Assembly (NCBI GenBank): GCA_023428065.1
Contig: JAEYZI010000079.1
Span: 4,700 to 68,699, forward strand
From: Actinomycetes bacterium
GTDB taxonomy: Bacteria; Actinomycetota; Actinomycetes; Actinomycetales; Microbacteriaceae
Length of the DNA: 64,000 bases
Direction: 5' to 3'
Made by a program: the position numbers and the translations under genes. The notes below the pieces were generated by a model, which searched no databases, was not told where the DNA came from, and worked only from the letters and a program-made list of their open reading frames with translations. Below, in pieces: positions 20,243-29,529 of the stretch (its first letter is position 1; the number at the start of each line of letters is the position of its first letter).

Positions 20243-21040
20243 GTGAGCGACTCCCCCGACTTCTCCGTGGCCGACGACCTCGCGGTCGCGCTGACCCTCG
20301 CGGCCGAGGCCGACCTCATCGCGATGGACCGCTACCGTTCGCAGGACCTCGGCGTGCAGACCAAGGCCGACAAGTCGATCGTGACGGATGCCGACACGCG
20401 CGTCGAGCGCATGATTCGCGCCCATCTCGCCGACGCCCGTCCGCACGACGCCGTGCTCGGCGAGGAGTTCGGCAGCGAGGGCGAGTCGCGGCGCAAGTGG
20501 ATCGTCGACCCGATCGATGGGACGAGCAACTTCGCGCGCGGCGTGCCCATCTGGGGCTCGCTCATCGCGCTCGCCGTCGACGGGGTGCCCGTCGTGGGCG
20601 TCGCGAGCGCCCCGGCGCTCGGCCGGCGCTGGTGGGGTGCCGCCGGCCACGGCGCGTGGGTGCACGAGGAGGGGCACGAGCCGCGCCGCATCCACGTGAG
20701 CGCGGTCTCCGACCTCGCCGACGCGACCCTCAGCTACAACAACCTGCAGACGTGGGACCAGTACGGCTACCTCGACCGTCTCGTGGCGCTCTCGCGCCGC
20801 GTGGGGCGCACGCGTGCGTTCGGCGACCTGTGGTCGTACATGCTGCTCGCGGAGGGCGCGATCGACATCGCGGGCGAGTTCGACGTCAAGCCGTGGGATG
20901 TCGCCGCGCTGTGGCCCGTCATCACCGAGGCGGGCGGCCGGGTGGGGACCGTCACGGGGGGCACGGCGCTCGACGAGCCCAACGTCATCGCGACGAACGG
21001 CGTGCTGCACGAGGACGTTCTCGCGGCGCTCCGGGGGTAA
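20243..21040 (+). CDS. hisN: Inositol monophosphatase-family protein, probable histidinol-phosphatase
   Basis: IMPase motifs (VLGEEFG, WIVDPIDGTSNF, WDVAA). The position after rsgA matches actinobacterial hisN synteny. Confidence 0.75.
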   Translation: MSDSPDFSVADDLAVALTLAAEADLIAMDRYRSQDLGVQTKADKSIVTDADTRVERMIRAHLADARPHDAVLGEEFGSEGESRRKWIVDPIDGTSNFARGVPIWGSLIALAVDGVPVVGVASAPALGRRWWGAAGHGAWVHEEGHEPRRIHVSAVSDLADATLSYNNLQTWDQYGYLDRLVALSRRVGRTRAFGDLWSYMLLAEGAIDIAGEFDVKPWDVAALWPVITEAGGRVGTVTGGTALDEPNVIATNGVLHEDVLAALRG

Positions 21041-21155
21041 GCGTTCACGTCGTGAAGTGAATGCACGCGCCGACGGGGCACCCCGGGTGGGTGCGTCGCC
21101 ACCGAAATCCTGGGCCGTTACCGAATAGTTACCCAATTTCTTTCGCGCCGGGTAT

Positions 21156-21189
21156 CTTCAACTCTTGAAGTCAGTGCACAATCGCACTG
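21156..21189. promoter_or_regulatory. Two adjacent perfect 6-bp-arm palindromes upstream of the sugar ABC operon (candidate operator)
   Basis: CTTCAA-ctc-TTGAAG (21156-21170) and CAGTGC-acaatc-GCACTG (21172-21189), in the relatively AT-rich 216-nt leader. Confidence 0.35.
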
Positions 21190-21256
21190 CCACTGTTCAA
21201 TGCCGAGAGTGGTACTCGAGGAAGTTCCCCCTCAACACCATGAGAAAGGGAGTGAC

Positions 21257-22315
21257 GTGAAGAAGTCATCGCTGATTTCGATCGCTGCACTCGCCGGCGC
21301 CTCCGCGCTGGTTCTTGCCGGCTGTTCCACCACCGACAACGGCGGCAACGGGGGCGGCACCGCCTCCACCCGCGCGTGCGTCATCCTGCCCGACACCGAG
21401 TCCTCCGACCGCTGGGAGAACGGCGACCGTCCGGCTCTCGAGAAGGCGTTCAAGGACGCCGGCTTCGAGGCCGACATCCAGAACGCCCAGGGTTCGACCG
21501 ACAAGATGGCCACGATCGCCGACCAGCAGCTCTCGAAGGGCTGCGGCGTCATGCTCGTCACCGACTACCAGGGCGCCGGCGTGGCCGTCGCCGAGAAGGC
21601 CAAGGCCGAGGGCATCCCGGTCATCGCCTACGACCGTCCGATCGAGGGCGTCGACTACTACGTCTCCTTCGACAACGTGAAGGTCGGCGAGCTCGAGGGT
21701 CAGTCGGTCGTCGACGGTCTCAAGGCCGCCGGCAAGGACCCGGCCACCGCCGTCGTCGTCTACATGGGCGGCGACCCGTCCGACGGCAACGCGGCGATGT
21801 TCAAGGAGGGCGCCGTCAAGGTCATGGAGGCCGCGGGCATCAAGCCGGCCGCCGAGCCCACCGGCGTGTGGGACACCGAGAAGTCGGCGACCAACTTCGA
21901 GCAGGCACTGACCTCGCTCGGCGGCAAGGTCGACGCAGTGTGGTCGGCCAACGACGCCAACGCCGCCGGTGTCATCTCGATCCTCGACAAGAACGGCCTC
22001 ACCGTTCCCGTCTCGGGTCAGGACGCCTCGGTCGCGGGTCTGCAGAACGTGCTGCTCGGCAAGCAGACCGCCACGGTCTACAAGCCGTTCCAGCTCGAGG
22101 CCAAGGCCGCCTCGGACCTCGCCATCAAGCTCCTGAACGGCGAGAAGCCCACCGCCGACAAGCAGCTCGACGACGGCACCCCGTACATCGCGGTCACGCC
22201 GGTCCTCGTGGGACCGAAGGACGTGCAGAAGGTCATCGACGACGGCAACGCGTCGGCGTCGGAGATCTGCACGGGTGACGTCGCCGCGAAGTGCGAGGAG
22301 TACGGCGTCAAGTAA
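21257..22315 (+). CDS. Sugar ABC transporter substrate-binding lipoprotein (CUT2, XylF/ChvE-like)
   Basis: GAAAGGGAG RBS then GTG. Lipobox LAGC. Periplasmic-binding-protein type I body (ACVILPDTESSDRWE..., VIAYDRPI). Confidence 0.85.
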   Translation: MKKSSLISIAALAGASALVLAGCSTTDNGGNGGGTASTRACVILPDTESSDRWENGDRPALEKAFKDAGFEADIQNAQGSTDKMATIADQQLSKGCGVMLVTDYQGAGVAVAEKAKAEGIPVIAYDRPIEGVDYYVSFDNVKVGELEGQSVVDGLKAAGKDPATAVVVYMGGDPSDGNAAMFKEGAVKVMEAAGIKPAAEPTGVWDTEKSATNFEQALTSLGGKVDAVWSANDANAAGVISILDKNGLTVPVSGQDASVAGLQNVLLGKQTATVYKPFQLEAKAASDLAIKLLNGEKPTADKQLDDGTPYIAVTPVLVGPKDVQKVIDDGNASASEICTGDVAAKCEEYGVK

Positions 22316-22326
22316 CACGCGCGAGG

Positions 22327-22367
22327 AGGGGCCCCGCGTCGGGAGGAATCCTCGACGCGGGGCCCCT
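22327..22367 (+). terminator. Intra-operon stem-loop after the SBP gene (attenuating terminator or mRNA stabiliser)
   Basis: AGGGGCCCCGCGTCG-11 nt-CGACGCGGGGCCCCT, a perfect 15-bp stem with no T-tract. Confidence 0.5.
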
Positions 22368-22443
22368 TCCCACGGCGCAACCCGCTCTCGAGTGGGAACA
22401 TCACACGCAGGGACGCAGGCGTCCCAGAAAGGAGGGGCCCCCA

Positions 22444-23199
22444 ATGACCGACATCCCCCTCATCGAGCTCTCGGGCATCGTCAAGAGCTTCGGCCCGGTG
22501 AGCGTGCTCAAGGGCGTCAACCTGAAGGCCTACCCGGGCAAGGTCACGGCGCTCGTCGGCGACAACGGCGCGGGCAAGTCGACCCTCATCAAGGGGCTCG
22601 CGGGCGTGCAGCCCTACGACGGCGGCTCGGTGCACTTCGAAGGCGAGGAGGTGCACCTGCACTCCCCGCGCGAGGCGTCCCGCCTCGGCATCGAGGTCGT
22701 GTACCAGGACCTCGCCCTGTGCGACAACCTCGACATCGTCCAGAACATGTTCCTCGGCCGCGAGGAGACGATCGGCGGCGTCTTCGACGAGGGCCGGATG
22801 GAGCGCGAGGCGAGCGAGACCCTGCGGTCCCTCTCGGTGCGCACCGTCAAGTCCGTGCGCCAGAAGGTCTCCTCGCTCTCGGGCGGACAGCGCCAGACCG
22901 TCGCGATCGCCCGCTCGGTGCTCAAGAAGGCCAAGCTCGTCGTGCTCGACGAGCCCACCGCGGCCCTCGGTGTCGCCCAGACGGAGCAGGTGCTCCACCT
23001 CGTCCGCCGTCTCGCCGATCAGGGCGTCGCCGTCATCATCATCAGCCACAACCTGCAGGACGTCTTCAAGGTGGCCGACTACATCAACGTGCTCTACCTC
23101 GGCACGATGGTCGCCTCCATCCCGACCGCCGAGACCACGAGCGACGACGTCGTGGGCTACATCACCGGCAGCAAGACCTACGACGGAGCGAACGCATGA
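22444..23199 (+). CDS. Sugar ABC transporter ATP-binding protein (single NBD)
   Basis: Walker A GDNGAGKST, signature LSGGQRQ, Walker B VVLDEPTAAL. 251 aa. Confidence 0.9.
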   Translation: MTDIPLIELSGIVKSFGPVSVLKGVNLKAYPGKVTALVGDNGAGKSTLIKGLAGVQPYDGGSVHFEGEEVHLHSPREASRLGIEVVYQDLALCDNLDIVQNMFLGREETIGGVFDEGRMEREASETLRSLSVRTVKSVRQKVSSLSGGQRQTVAIARSVLKKAKLVVLDEPTAALGVAQTEQVLHLVRRLADQGVAVIIISHNLQDVFKVADYINVLYLGTMVASIPTAETTSDDVVGYITGSKTYDGANA

Positions 23200-24512
23200 C
23201 CAGCACACCCGCGGCGCCGCCTCCCCCGGCGACCGACACCACGAACCTCCCGGCCGAGGGCGGCTTCATCGGAAGCGGGCAGGAGGGCGGCATCGGCGAT
23301 CAGGTGCGCGCCTACCTGCAGCGCGTGCGCCACGGCGACATGGGCGCCCTCCCGGCCATCGGCGGTCTCGTCGTGCTCGTCATCCTCTTCGCGGTGCTCA
23401 GCGAGACCATGCTCGGTCAGCAGTTCTTCCTCACGGAGCGCAACTTCGCGAACCTGCTGACCCAGGCCGCGTCGCTCGTCATGCTCGCGATGGCGCTCGT
23501 GTTCGTGATCCTGCTCGGCGAGATCGACCTCTCGGCCGGTGTCACGGCGGGCGTCGCGCTCTCGGCGTTCGTCGTGCTCACCAAGCCCGACGGCATCAAC
23601 ATGAACTGGGTGCTCGCCGTCGTCATCGCGCTGCTCGTGGGCGTCGCGATCGGCACGTTCAACGGCTTCTTCGTGGCGCGCGTCGGCATCCCGTCGTTCG
23701 TCGTGACGCTCGGCCTCTTCATCGGCCTGCAGGGTGTCACCCTCATCCTGCTCGGCGACGGCGGCGTCTTCCGCATCCAGATCCCCGACTTCCTCGCGAT
23801 CCAGAACTCCAACCTGCCGATCTGGGGCGGCTGGGTGATGCTCGGCGTGATCCTGCTCGTGTCGTTCGGGATGTCGATGTGGGACCGTCGTCTGCGCACG
23901 CGCGCGGGCGTGCCCAACCGCACGATCGCGCTCGTGTGGGCCAAGCTCGCGGTCATCGCGATCGCCGGCGGATTCGTCGTGGGCGTGCTGAGCACGAACC
24001 GGTCGTCGAGCATCAAGGTCATCGAGGGCGTGCCGATCGTCGTGCCCATCGTGCTGCTCATCCTCTGGATCGGCACCTTCGTGCTCGACCGCACCAAGTT
24101 CGGCCGCTACATCTACGCGATCGGCGGCAACGCCGAGGCCGCACGGCGCGCGGGCGTGAAGGTCATCACGATCCGCTGGGTCGCGTTCATCATCTGCTCG
24201 CTGCTCGCGGTCGTGGCGGGCGTGTTCAGTGCGAGCAAGGTGGGATCGGTCAACGCGGGCTTCGGGACCGACACCGTGCTGAGCGGTGTCGCGGCGGCGG
24301 TCGTCGGCGGCGTGAGCCTCTTCGGAGGTCGCGGCCGGCTCATGCACGCGGCCATCGGCGCCCTCGTGATCGCCGTCATCGCGAACGGGCTCGGCCTGCT
24401 CAACCTGCCCGCCGGCGTCAACTACATCGTGACGGGCAGCGTGCTCGTGCTCGCGGCGACCGTCGACGCGGTCTCGCGCGTTCGGGCGGGCGGCTCGATC
24501 ATCCGCACCTGA
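23196..24512 (+). CDS. Sugar ABC transporter permease (XylH-like)
   Basis: ATG overlaps the ATPase stop (ATGA). 438 aa, about 10-12 TM segments, with an N-terminal Pro-rich cytoplasmic tail. Confidence 0.85.
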   Translation: MTSTPAAPPPPATDTTNLPAEGGFIGSGQEGGIGDQVRAYLQRVRHGDMGALPAIGGLVVLVILFAVLSETMLGQQFFLTERNFANLLTQAASLVMLAMALVFVILLGEIDLSAGVTAGVALSAFVVLTKPDGINMNWVLAVVIALLVGVAIGTFNGFFVARVGIPSFVVTLGLFIGLQGVTLILLGDGGVFRIQIPDFLAIQNSNLPIWGGWVMLGVILLVSFGMSMWDRRLRTRAGVPNRTIALVWAKLAVIAIAGGFVVGVLSTNRSSSIKVIEGVPIVVPIVLLILWIGTFVLDRTKFGRYIYAIGGNAEAARRAGVKVITIRWVAFIICSLLAVVAGVFSASKVGSVNAGFGTDTVLSGVAAAVVGGVSLFGGRGRLMHAAIGALVIAVIANGLGLLNLPAGVNYIVTGSVLVLAATVDAVSRVRAGGSIIRT

Positions 24513-24528
24513 CGCGCTCGGCGACGAG

Positions 24529-24569
24529 ACGACGAAGGCCGCCCCGGCATCCGGGGCGGCCTTCGTCGT
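24529..24569. terminator. Bidirectional hairpin terminator between convergent genes
   Basis: ACGACGAAGGCCGCCCCGG-cat-CCGGGGCGGCCTTCGTCGT, a perfect 19-bp stem. Confidence 0.75.
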
Positions 24570-24581
24570 GTGCGGGCCCGA

Positions 24582-25694
24582 TCAGCCGAGGTGACGCTCC
24601 TCGACGCCCACGTACTCGGAGAGCGGGCGGATGAGGGCGTTCGCGGCCGCCTGCTCGCGGATGTGCGCCGTCCACCCCGTGACACGGCTCGCGACGAAGA
24701 GCGGCGTGAAGAGCTCGGTGTCGAAACCCATGAGGTGGTACGCCGGGCCCGAGGGGTAGTCGAGGTTCGGCTTGATGCCCTTGCGCTCGTCCATCGCGGT
24801 CTCGAGCGCCGTGTAGAGGTCGCCGAGGTCGGCGCGGTCGTACTCGACGAGGAGCGTGTCGAGCGCCGCCTTCATCGTCGGGACGCGCGAGTCGCCGTTC
24901 TTGTAGACGCGGTGACCGAAGCCCATGATCTTGCGCTTCTCGGCGAGCGCGGAATCGAGCCACTCGGCCGCGCGGTCGGCGAAGACGATCTCGTCGAACA
25001 TGTGCATGACGGCCTCGTTGGCGCCGCCGTGCAGCGGCCCCTTGAGGGCGCCGATCGCCGCGGTGACCGCCGAGTACAGGTCGGACATGGTCGAGGTCAC
25101 GACGCGCGCCGTGAACGTCGACGCGTTGAAGGAGTGCTCGGCGTACAGGATCATCGACACGTCGAAGGCCGTGACGACCACGAGATCCGGCACCTCGCCG
25201 AAGGTCATGTGCAGGAAGTTGGCCGAGTAGCCGAGGTCGTCGCGGGGCTCGACGACCTCCTCGTCGCGCAGGCGACGCTGCGTGTAGGCGACGACCGCGG
25301 GGAGCTGCGCCCACAGCCGGATCGCCTGGTCGAGCTGGGCGTCGGGGCTCTGGTCGGCGACCGTCTCATCGGCCGCACCGATCGCCGAGACGGCCGTGCG
25401 CACGACATCCATGGGGTGGGCGTCGAGCGGGAGCAGGTCGATCGCGTGCTTCGCGACGTGCGAGAGCGCCCGGTGCGCGCGCTCGAGCGCCTGGAACGCC
25501 TCGAGCTGTTCGGGCGTCGGAAGCTCGCCGTGCCACAGCAGATAGGCGACCTCCTCGAAGGTGCAGTTCGCCGCGAGCTCCTGCACGGGGTAGCCCCGAT
25601 AGAGCAGGGAGTTGGTCTCGGGATTGACCTTGGAGATCGCGGTGACGTCGACGACGACGCCCGCGAGCCCCTTCTTGATCTCGGTGTCCGCCAT
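24582..25694 (-). CDS. prpC: 2-methylcitrate synthase / citrate synthase 2
   Basis: 370-aa short-type citrate synthase (GLAGVVVD, LLYRGY, HAEHSFNAST, MGFGHRVYK). Last gene of the prpDBC arrangement. Confidence 0.85.
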   Translation of the reverse strand: MADTEIKKGLAGVVVDVTAISKVNPETNSLLYRGYPVQELAANCTFEEVAYLLWHGELPTPEQLEAFQALERAHRALSHVAKHAIDLLPLDAHPMDVVRTAVSAIGAADETVADQSPDAQLDQAIRLWAQLPAVVAYTQRRLRDEEVVEPRDDLGYSANFLHMTFGEVPDLVVVTAFDVSMILYAEHSFNASTFTARVVTSTMSDLYSAVTAAIGALKGPLHGGANEAVMHMFDEIVFADRAAEWLDSALAEKRKIMGFGHRVYKNGDSRVPTMKAALDTLLVEYDRADLGDLYTALETAMDERKGIKPNLDYPSGPAYHLMGFDTELFTPLFVASRVTGWTAHIREQAAANALIRPLSEYVGVEERHLG

Positions 25695-25695
25695 G

Positions 25696-26604
25696 TCAGC
25701 TCCTGTTGTTGGTCAGATCGAAGGTGTAGACGCCGGCGTCGAACTCGGAGTATCCCGCGTAGTCGACGAGTTCGTACAGCCTGGCACGGGTCTGCATCTC
25801 CGGCACCCGGGCCTCGAGGGATCCGTCGGCGAGGATCGTGTCGAGCCCGCGCTCCGCGGCGCCCATCGCGAGCCGCAGGAGGCTCACGGGGAAGATCACG
25901 ATGTTCACGCCGACGTCGGCGAGCTGCTGCGTCGTGAAGAGGTCGCTCTTCCCGAACTCGGTCATGTTGGCGAGGATCGGCACGTCGACGGCCGCGCGGA
26001 CGGCCTCGAACTCGGCGAGATCGGCCATCGCCTCGGGGAAGATCGCGTCGGCGCCCGCGTCGACGAGCTTCTTCGCCCGGTCCTTCGCGGCCTCGAGCCC
26101 CTCGACGCCCCGGATGTCGGTGCGCGCCATGATGAGGAAATCGGGGTCGCGGCGCGCCTCGACGGCGGCCCGGATGCGCTTGACGGCCGTGCCCTCGTCG
26201 ACGACCGCCTTGCCGTCGAGATGACCGCAGCGCTTGGGGTTGACCTGGTCCTCGAGGTGCATGCCCGAGACCCCCGCGTCCTCGAGCATCTGCACGGTGC
26301 GCGCGACGTTCATGGGCTCGCCGAAGCCGGTGTCGGCGTCGATGAGCGTCGGGAGGTCGGTCACGCGCGCGATCTGCCCGCCGCGGCCCGCGACCTCCGT
26401 GAGCGTCGTGAGGCCGATGTCCGGCAGCCCGAGGTCGGCAGCGAGCACGGCGCCCGAGATGTAGACCCCCTCGAAGCCCTTGTCCTCGATGAGCTTCGCG
26501 GAGAGCGGGCTGAAGGCGCCGGGCATCCGCACGAGCTCGCCCGAGACGAGCCGCTCGCGGAGCACGCGGCGCTTGGCGGATGCGGTGAGGGTCGAGTGCA
26601 GCAT
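25696..26604 (-). CDS. prpB: Methylisocitrate lyase
   Basis: Starts at the internal ATG (MLHSTL). PEP-mutase/ICL family motifs (MPGAFSPLSA, DADTGFG, LEDQVNPKRCGHLDGK). Confidence 0.9.
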   Translation of the reverse strand: MLHSTLTASAKRRVLRERLVSGELVRMPGAFSPLSAKLIEDKGFEGVYISGAVLAADLGLPDIGLTTLTEVAGRGGQIARVTDLPTLIDADTGFGEPMNVARTVQMLEDAGVSGMHLEDQVNPKRCGHLDGKAVVDEGTAVKRIRAAVEARRDPDFLIMARTDIRGVEGLEAAKDRAKKLVDAGADAIFPEAMADLAEFEAVRAAVDVPILANMTEFGKSDLFTTQQLADVGVNIVIFPVSLLRLAMGAAERGLDTILADGSLEARVPEMQTRARLYELVDYAGYSEFDAGVYTFDLTNNRS

Positions 26605-28118
26605 CAGAACAGTCCTTCCGGTGCGGAGGGAAGGCCCGCCGCGACGATGTTGAGTTCGGCGACCTCGACCGCACCGAGCTCGGGCAGACGCTCGGCGAGG
26701 CCGAGGAAGCGCTCGATCTCGGCGTCGGCGAGCACGCCGTCGGCGAGGGTGCGGAACTTGCGCACGTAGTCGGCGCGCGCGAAGGGCCGGGCACCGAGCG
26801 GGTGGGCGTCGGCCACGGCGATCTCGTCGACGATCCGCCCGCCGTCGGCGAGCTCGATCTCGACGCGGCCGCCGAACGCCTTCTCGTCGGGGTCCTCCGA
26901 GTGGTAGCGGCGCGTCCACTCGGCGTCTTCGGCGGTGGTGACCTTGTGCCAGAGCGCGACGGTGTCGGGACGGCCCGCGCGCTCGGGGGCGTAGGAGGCG
27001 ACGTGATCCCATGCGCCGTCCTGCAGGGCGACGGTGAAGATGTACGGGATCGAGTGGTCGAGCGTCTCACGGCTCGCGGTCGGGTCGTACTTCTGCGGGT
27101 CGCCCGAGCCCGAGCCGATCACGTAGTGGGTGTGGTGACTCGTGTGGAGCACGACGCGGCTCACAGCGTCGGGGTTCCGCAGCTCGGGGTGCTCGGTGCC
27201 GAGTCGGCGCGCGAGGTCGATCCACGCCTGCGCCTGGTACTCCGCCGAGTGCTCCTTCGTGTAGCTGTCGAGGATGGCGCGCTTGGGTTCGCCCCACTCG
27301 GGCAGCGGCACTTCGTAGCGTCCCTCGGGGCCGTCGAGGAGCCACGCGATGACGCCGTCCTCGCCCTCCCAGATCGGGGCGGGCGAGGTCTGACCCCGCA
27401 TCGCACGGTCGATCGCCTCGACCGCCATCTTGCCCGCGAACGCGGGGGCGTGCGCCTTCCAGGTCGAGATCTGGCCCTTGCGCGACTGGCGCGTCGCGGT
27501 CGTCGTGTGGAGCGCCTGCCCGATCGCCTGGTAGATCACCTCGGCGTCGAGGCCGAGGAGCGTGCCGATGCCGGCGGCGGCCGACGGGCCGAGGTGGGCG
27601 ACGTGGTCGATCTTGTGCTTGTGCAGGCTGATGGCGCGCACGAGGTCCATCTGCACCTCGTAGCCCGTCGCGATGCCGCGCACGAGGGCCGCGCCGTCCG
27701 CGCCCGCGTGCTGCGCGACCGCGAGGATCGGCGGGATGTTGTCGCCCGGGTGCGAGTACTCCGCGGCGAGAAAGGTGTCGTGATAGTCGAGCTCGCGCAC
27801 GGCGACGCCGTTGGCCCACGCCGCCCACTCGGGCTGGTACGCGCCCGCGACGCCGAAGACGCGGGATCCCGCGTGACCGGGGCGCGCATCCGCCTGGGGT
27901 CGCGCCTGCGCCTGCCCGCGCGCGGCGACGACGGGCGCGCGGGAGAGCGACGCGACGGCGACCGCGGCGTTGTCGATGACGCGGTTGACGATCATCTCCG
28001 CGACCTCGGGCTCGACGGCGACGGGGTCGACGGCGAGGCGCGCGATCTTCCAGGCGAGCTCGTCCTCGCGGGCGAGCCCTTCGTCGCTGCGATGGGTGCG
28101 GACGGTGTGGAGCTTCAT
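26604..28118 (-). CDS. prpD: 2-methylcitrate dehydratase
   Basis: 504-aa MmgE/PrpD family protein directly upstream of prpB and prpC. Confidence 0.9.
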   Translation of the reverse strand: MKLHTVRTHRSDEGLAREDELAWKIARLAVDPVAVEPEVAEMIVNRVIDNAAVAVASLSRAPVVAARGQAQARPQADARPGHAGSRVFGVAGAYQPEWAAWANGVAVRELDYHDTFLAAEYSHPGDNIPPILAVAQHAGADGAALVRGIATGYEVQMDLVRAISLHKHKIDHVAHLGPSAAAGIGTLLGLDAEVIYQAIGQALHTTTATRQSRKGQISTWKAHAPAFAGKMAVEAIDRAMRGQTSPAPIWEGEDGVIAWLLDGPEGRYEVPLPEWGEPKRAILDSYTKEHSAEYQAQAWIDLARRLGTEHPELRNPDAVSRVVLHTSHHTHYVIGSGSGDPQKYDPTASRETLDHSIPYIFTVALQDGAWDHVASYAPERAGRPDTVALWHKVTTAEDAEWTRRYHSEDPDEKAFGGRVEIELADGGRIVDEIAVADAHPLGARPFARADYVRKFRTLADGVLADAEIERFLGLAERLPELGAVEVAELNIVAAGLPSAPEGLF

Positions 28119-28134
28119 GTGCTCTCCTTGGTGC

Positions 28135-28776
28135 TCACGAGGCGGTCGCCTCGAGGATGTGGCGCAGACTCGCGTGCAGGTGCACGGCGATCGCGTGGCG
28201 GGCGAGGTCGGGGTCGCCGTCGCGGATGGCCTCCGCGATGAGGCGGTGCTCGGCGGCGGCGCGCTCGAGTCGTGCGGGGTGGTCCTGCGCGAGTCGGCGG
28301 ATGCGCTGCAGGTGGGTGCGCACGCCGCGCAGGGCGCTCACGAACGCGGCGTTGCCGAGGGTCGCGTCGATGGCCTCATCGAAGCGCGCGACGAGTTCGT
28401 AGTAGGCGTCGAGCTCGTGGCGGCGCACGAGGTCGGCCGCCGCGTCGAACTCCGCGGCGAGCCCGCGGAACAGCTCGGCGTCGCGCCGCTCGGCGGCGAG
28501 CGCGGCGGCCGCCGTCTCGAGCGCCTCGCGCAGCTCGAAGAGCGCGCGGACGTCGGAGGTGTCGAGCGAGGAGACGACGAGCCCGCGACCGGATTGCGCC
28601 TCGACGAGGCCGTCGGCCGACAGGCGGGAGAGCGCCTCGCGCAGCGGCGTGCGCGACACACCCAGCCGGGCGGCCTGCTCGACCTCGCCGAGCACGGTGC
28701 CGGGAGGGAGGCGCCACTGCAGGATCTCGTCCCGGAGCGCCTCGTATGCGCGGTCGCTTGCGCGTCCCCCGGACAT
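28135..28776 (-). CDS. GntR-family transcriptional regulator, FadR subfamily (FCD domain); probable prp operon regulator
   Basis: Winged HTH ([23 protein letters not shown]) plus an all-helical C-terminal domain. First gene of the prp operon. Start at ATG MSGGRAS (a GTG at 28800 is possible). Confidence 0.85.
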   Translation of the reverse strand: MSGGRASDRAYEALRDEILQWRLPPGTVLGEVEQAARLGVSRTPLREALSRLSADGLVEAQSGRGLVVSSLDTSDVRALFELREALETAAAALAAERRDAELFRGLAAEFDAAADLVRRHELDAYYELVARFDEAIDATLGNAAFVSALRGVRTHLQRIRRLAQDHPARLERAAAEHRLIAEAIRDGDPDLARHAIAVHLHASLRHILEATAS

Positions 28777-28791
28777 GCTCACGCTCTCCAA

Positions 28792-28799
28792 TGTATACA
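28792..28799. promoter_or_regulatory. TGTATACA palindrome, candidate FadR-type GntR operator
   Basis: Perfect palindrome 16 nt upstream of the regulator ATG. The GT-N-AC core is typical of GntR/FadR operators. Confidence 0.45.
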
Positions 28800-28829
28800 C
28801 TGGACCCTGGTTACGCTACGGAATAGCCC

Positions 28830-28865
28830 CAGAAGGCCCCACTTGTATACAAGCGGGGCCTTCTG
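28830..28865. promoter_or_regulatory. CTTGTATACAAG palindrome (28842-28853) embedded in a long hairpin CAGAAGGCCCC...GGGGCCTTCTG; operator and/or terminator
   Basis: The perfect 12-nt palindrome is identical to the core of the B. subtilis GntR operator (ACTTGTATACAAGT). The flanking 11-bp arms form a terminator-like stem downstream of the F420 reductase gene. Confidence 0.5.
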
Positions 28866-28880
28866 TGATTCGGAACCACG

Positions 28881-29450
28881 TCAGCCGACGAGCGTGAAGC
28901 CGGCGTTCCAGGCGAGCTTGTCGGCCACCGCGAGGGTGAGCTGCAGGAAGCCGATCGACTCGAGCTCGCGCGCGCGGGCGAGCGGGCCCGCGTCCTGACC
29001 GCGGAGGCCCGCGGCGCGCACGACCGCGAGGAGCGCATCCTTCGCGTCCTGGTCGTCGCCCGCGACGAGCACGGTCACGGGGTCGTCGCCGACGACACCC
29101 GCGGCGAGGGTCGCCGCGAAGTTGGTGTTGAACGCCTTGAGCACCCGCGCTCCGGGGAGCTTGTCGGCGATGACGGCCGCGGCCGAGGAGTCGGCGGGCA
29201 CGACGAGACGGTCGAAGGTCGAGAAGTCGATGGGGTTGGTGATGTCGACGACGATCTTCCCCTCGAGCCGGTCGCCGAAGTTCGCGACGACGTCGTCGAT
29301 CTCCGGGTAGGGCACGGCGAGCACGACGATGTCGCCCGTGAGTTCGCGGTCTCCGCGCGAGACGAGCTGCACCTCGGCTCCGCCCTTCGCGGCCATGCCG
29401 GCGAGCGCGCCGCCCATGTTGCCCGTGCCGATGATGCTGATCGTGGTCAT
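28881..29450 (-). CDS. NADPH-dependent F420 reductase-like NAD(P)-binding oxidoreductase
   Basis: ISIIGTGNMGGALA Rossmann motif. 189 aa, NpdG-like. Confidence 0.75.
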   Translation of the reverse strand: MTTISIIGTGNMGGALAGMAAKGGAEVQLVSRGDRELTGDIVVLAVPYPEIDDVVANFGDRLEGKIVVDITNPIDFSTFDRLVVPADSSAAAVIADKLPGARVLKAFNTNFAATLAAGVVGDDPVTVLVAGDDQDAKDALLAVVRAAGLRGQDAGPLARARELESIGFLQLTLAVADKLAWNAGFTLVG

Positions 29451-29465
29451 GACGAGATCCCTTCG

Positions 29466-29523
29466 ATGGTTGTCGCGTCAACAATATCCCCATATGGTTG
29501 TCGCTGCAAGCATTCGCTACAAT
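29466..29523 (+). promoter_or_regulatory. Divergent promoter/operator region: direct repeat ATGGTTGTCGC x2 and a TACAAT -10 placed for a leaderless marR transcript
   Basis: Repeats at 29466-29476 and 29494-29504. TTGTCG-N17-TATGGT is also present. TACAAT at 29518-23 ends 6 nt before the marR ATG, with no RBS in between. Confidence 0.4.
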
Positions 29524-29529
29524 CGCGCC

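Noticed and set aside
22444-23199. Single-NBD ATPase in a CUT2 sugar transporter as an anomaly or truncation.
   Set aside because: All motifs are intact, the stop overlaps the permease start cleanly, and, as far as I recall, short XylG-like ATPases are common in actinobacteria. It is not reported as a pseudogene.
24582-25694. Housekeeping citrate synthase gltA.
   Set aside because: It is a short (370-aa) type and the last gene of a GntR-prpD-prpB-prpC string, so 2-methylcitrate synthase is the better call. It may still have citrate synthase activity.
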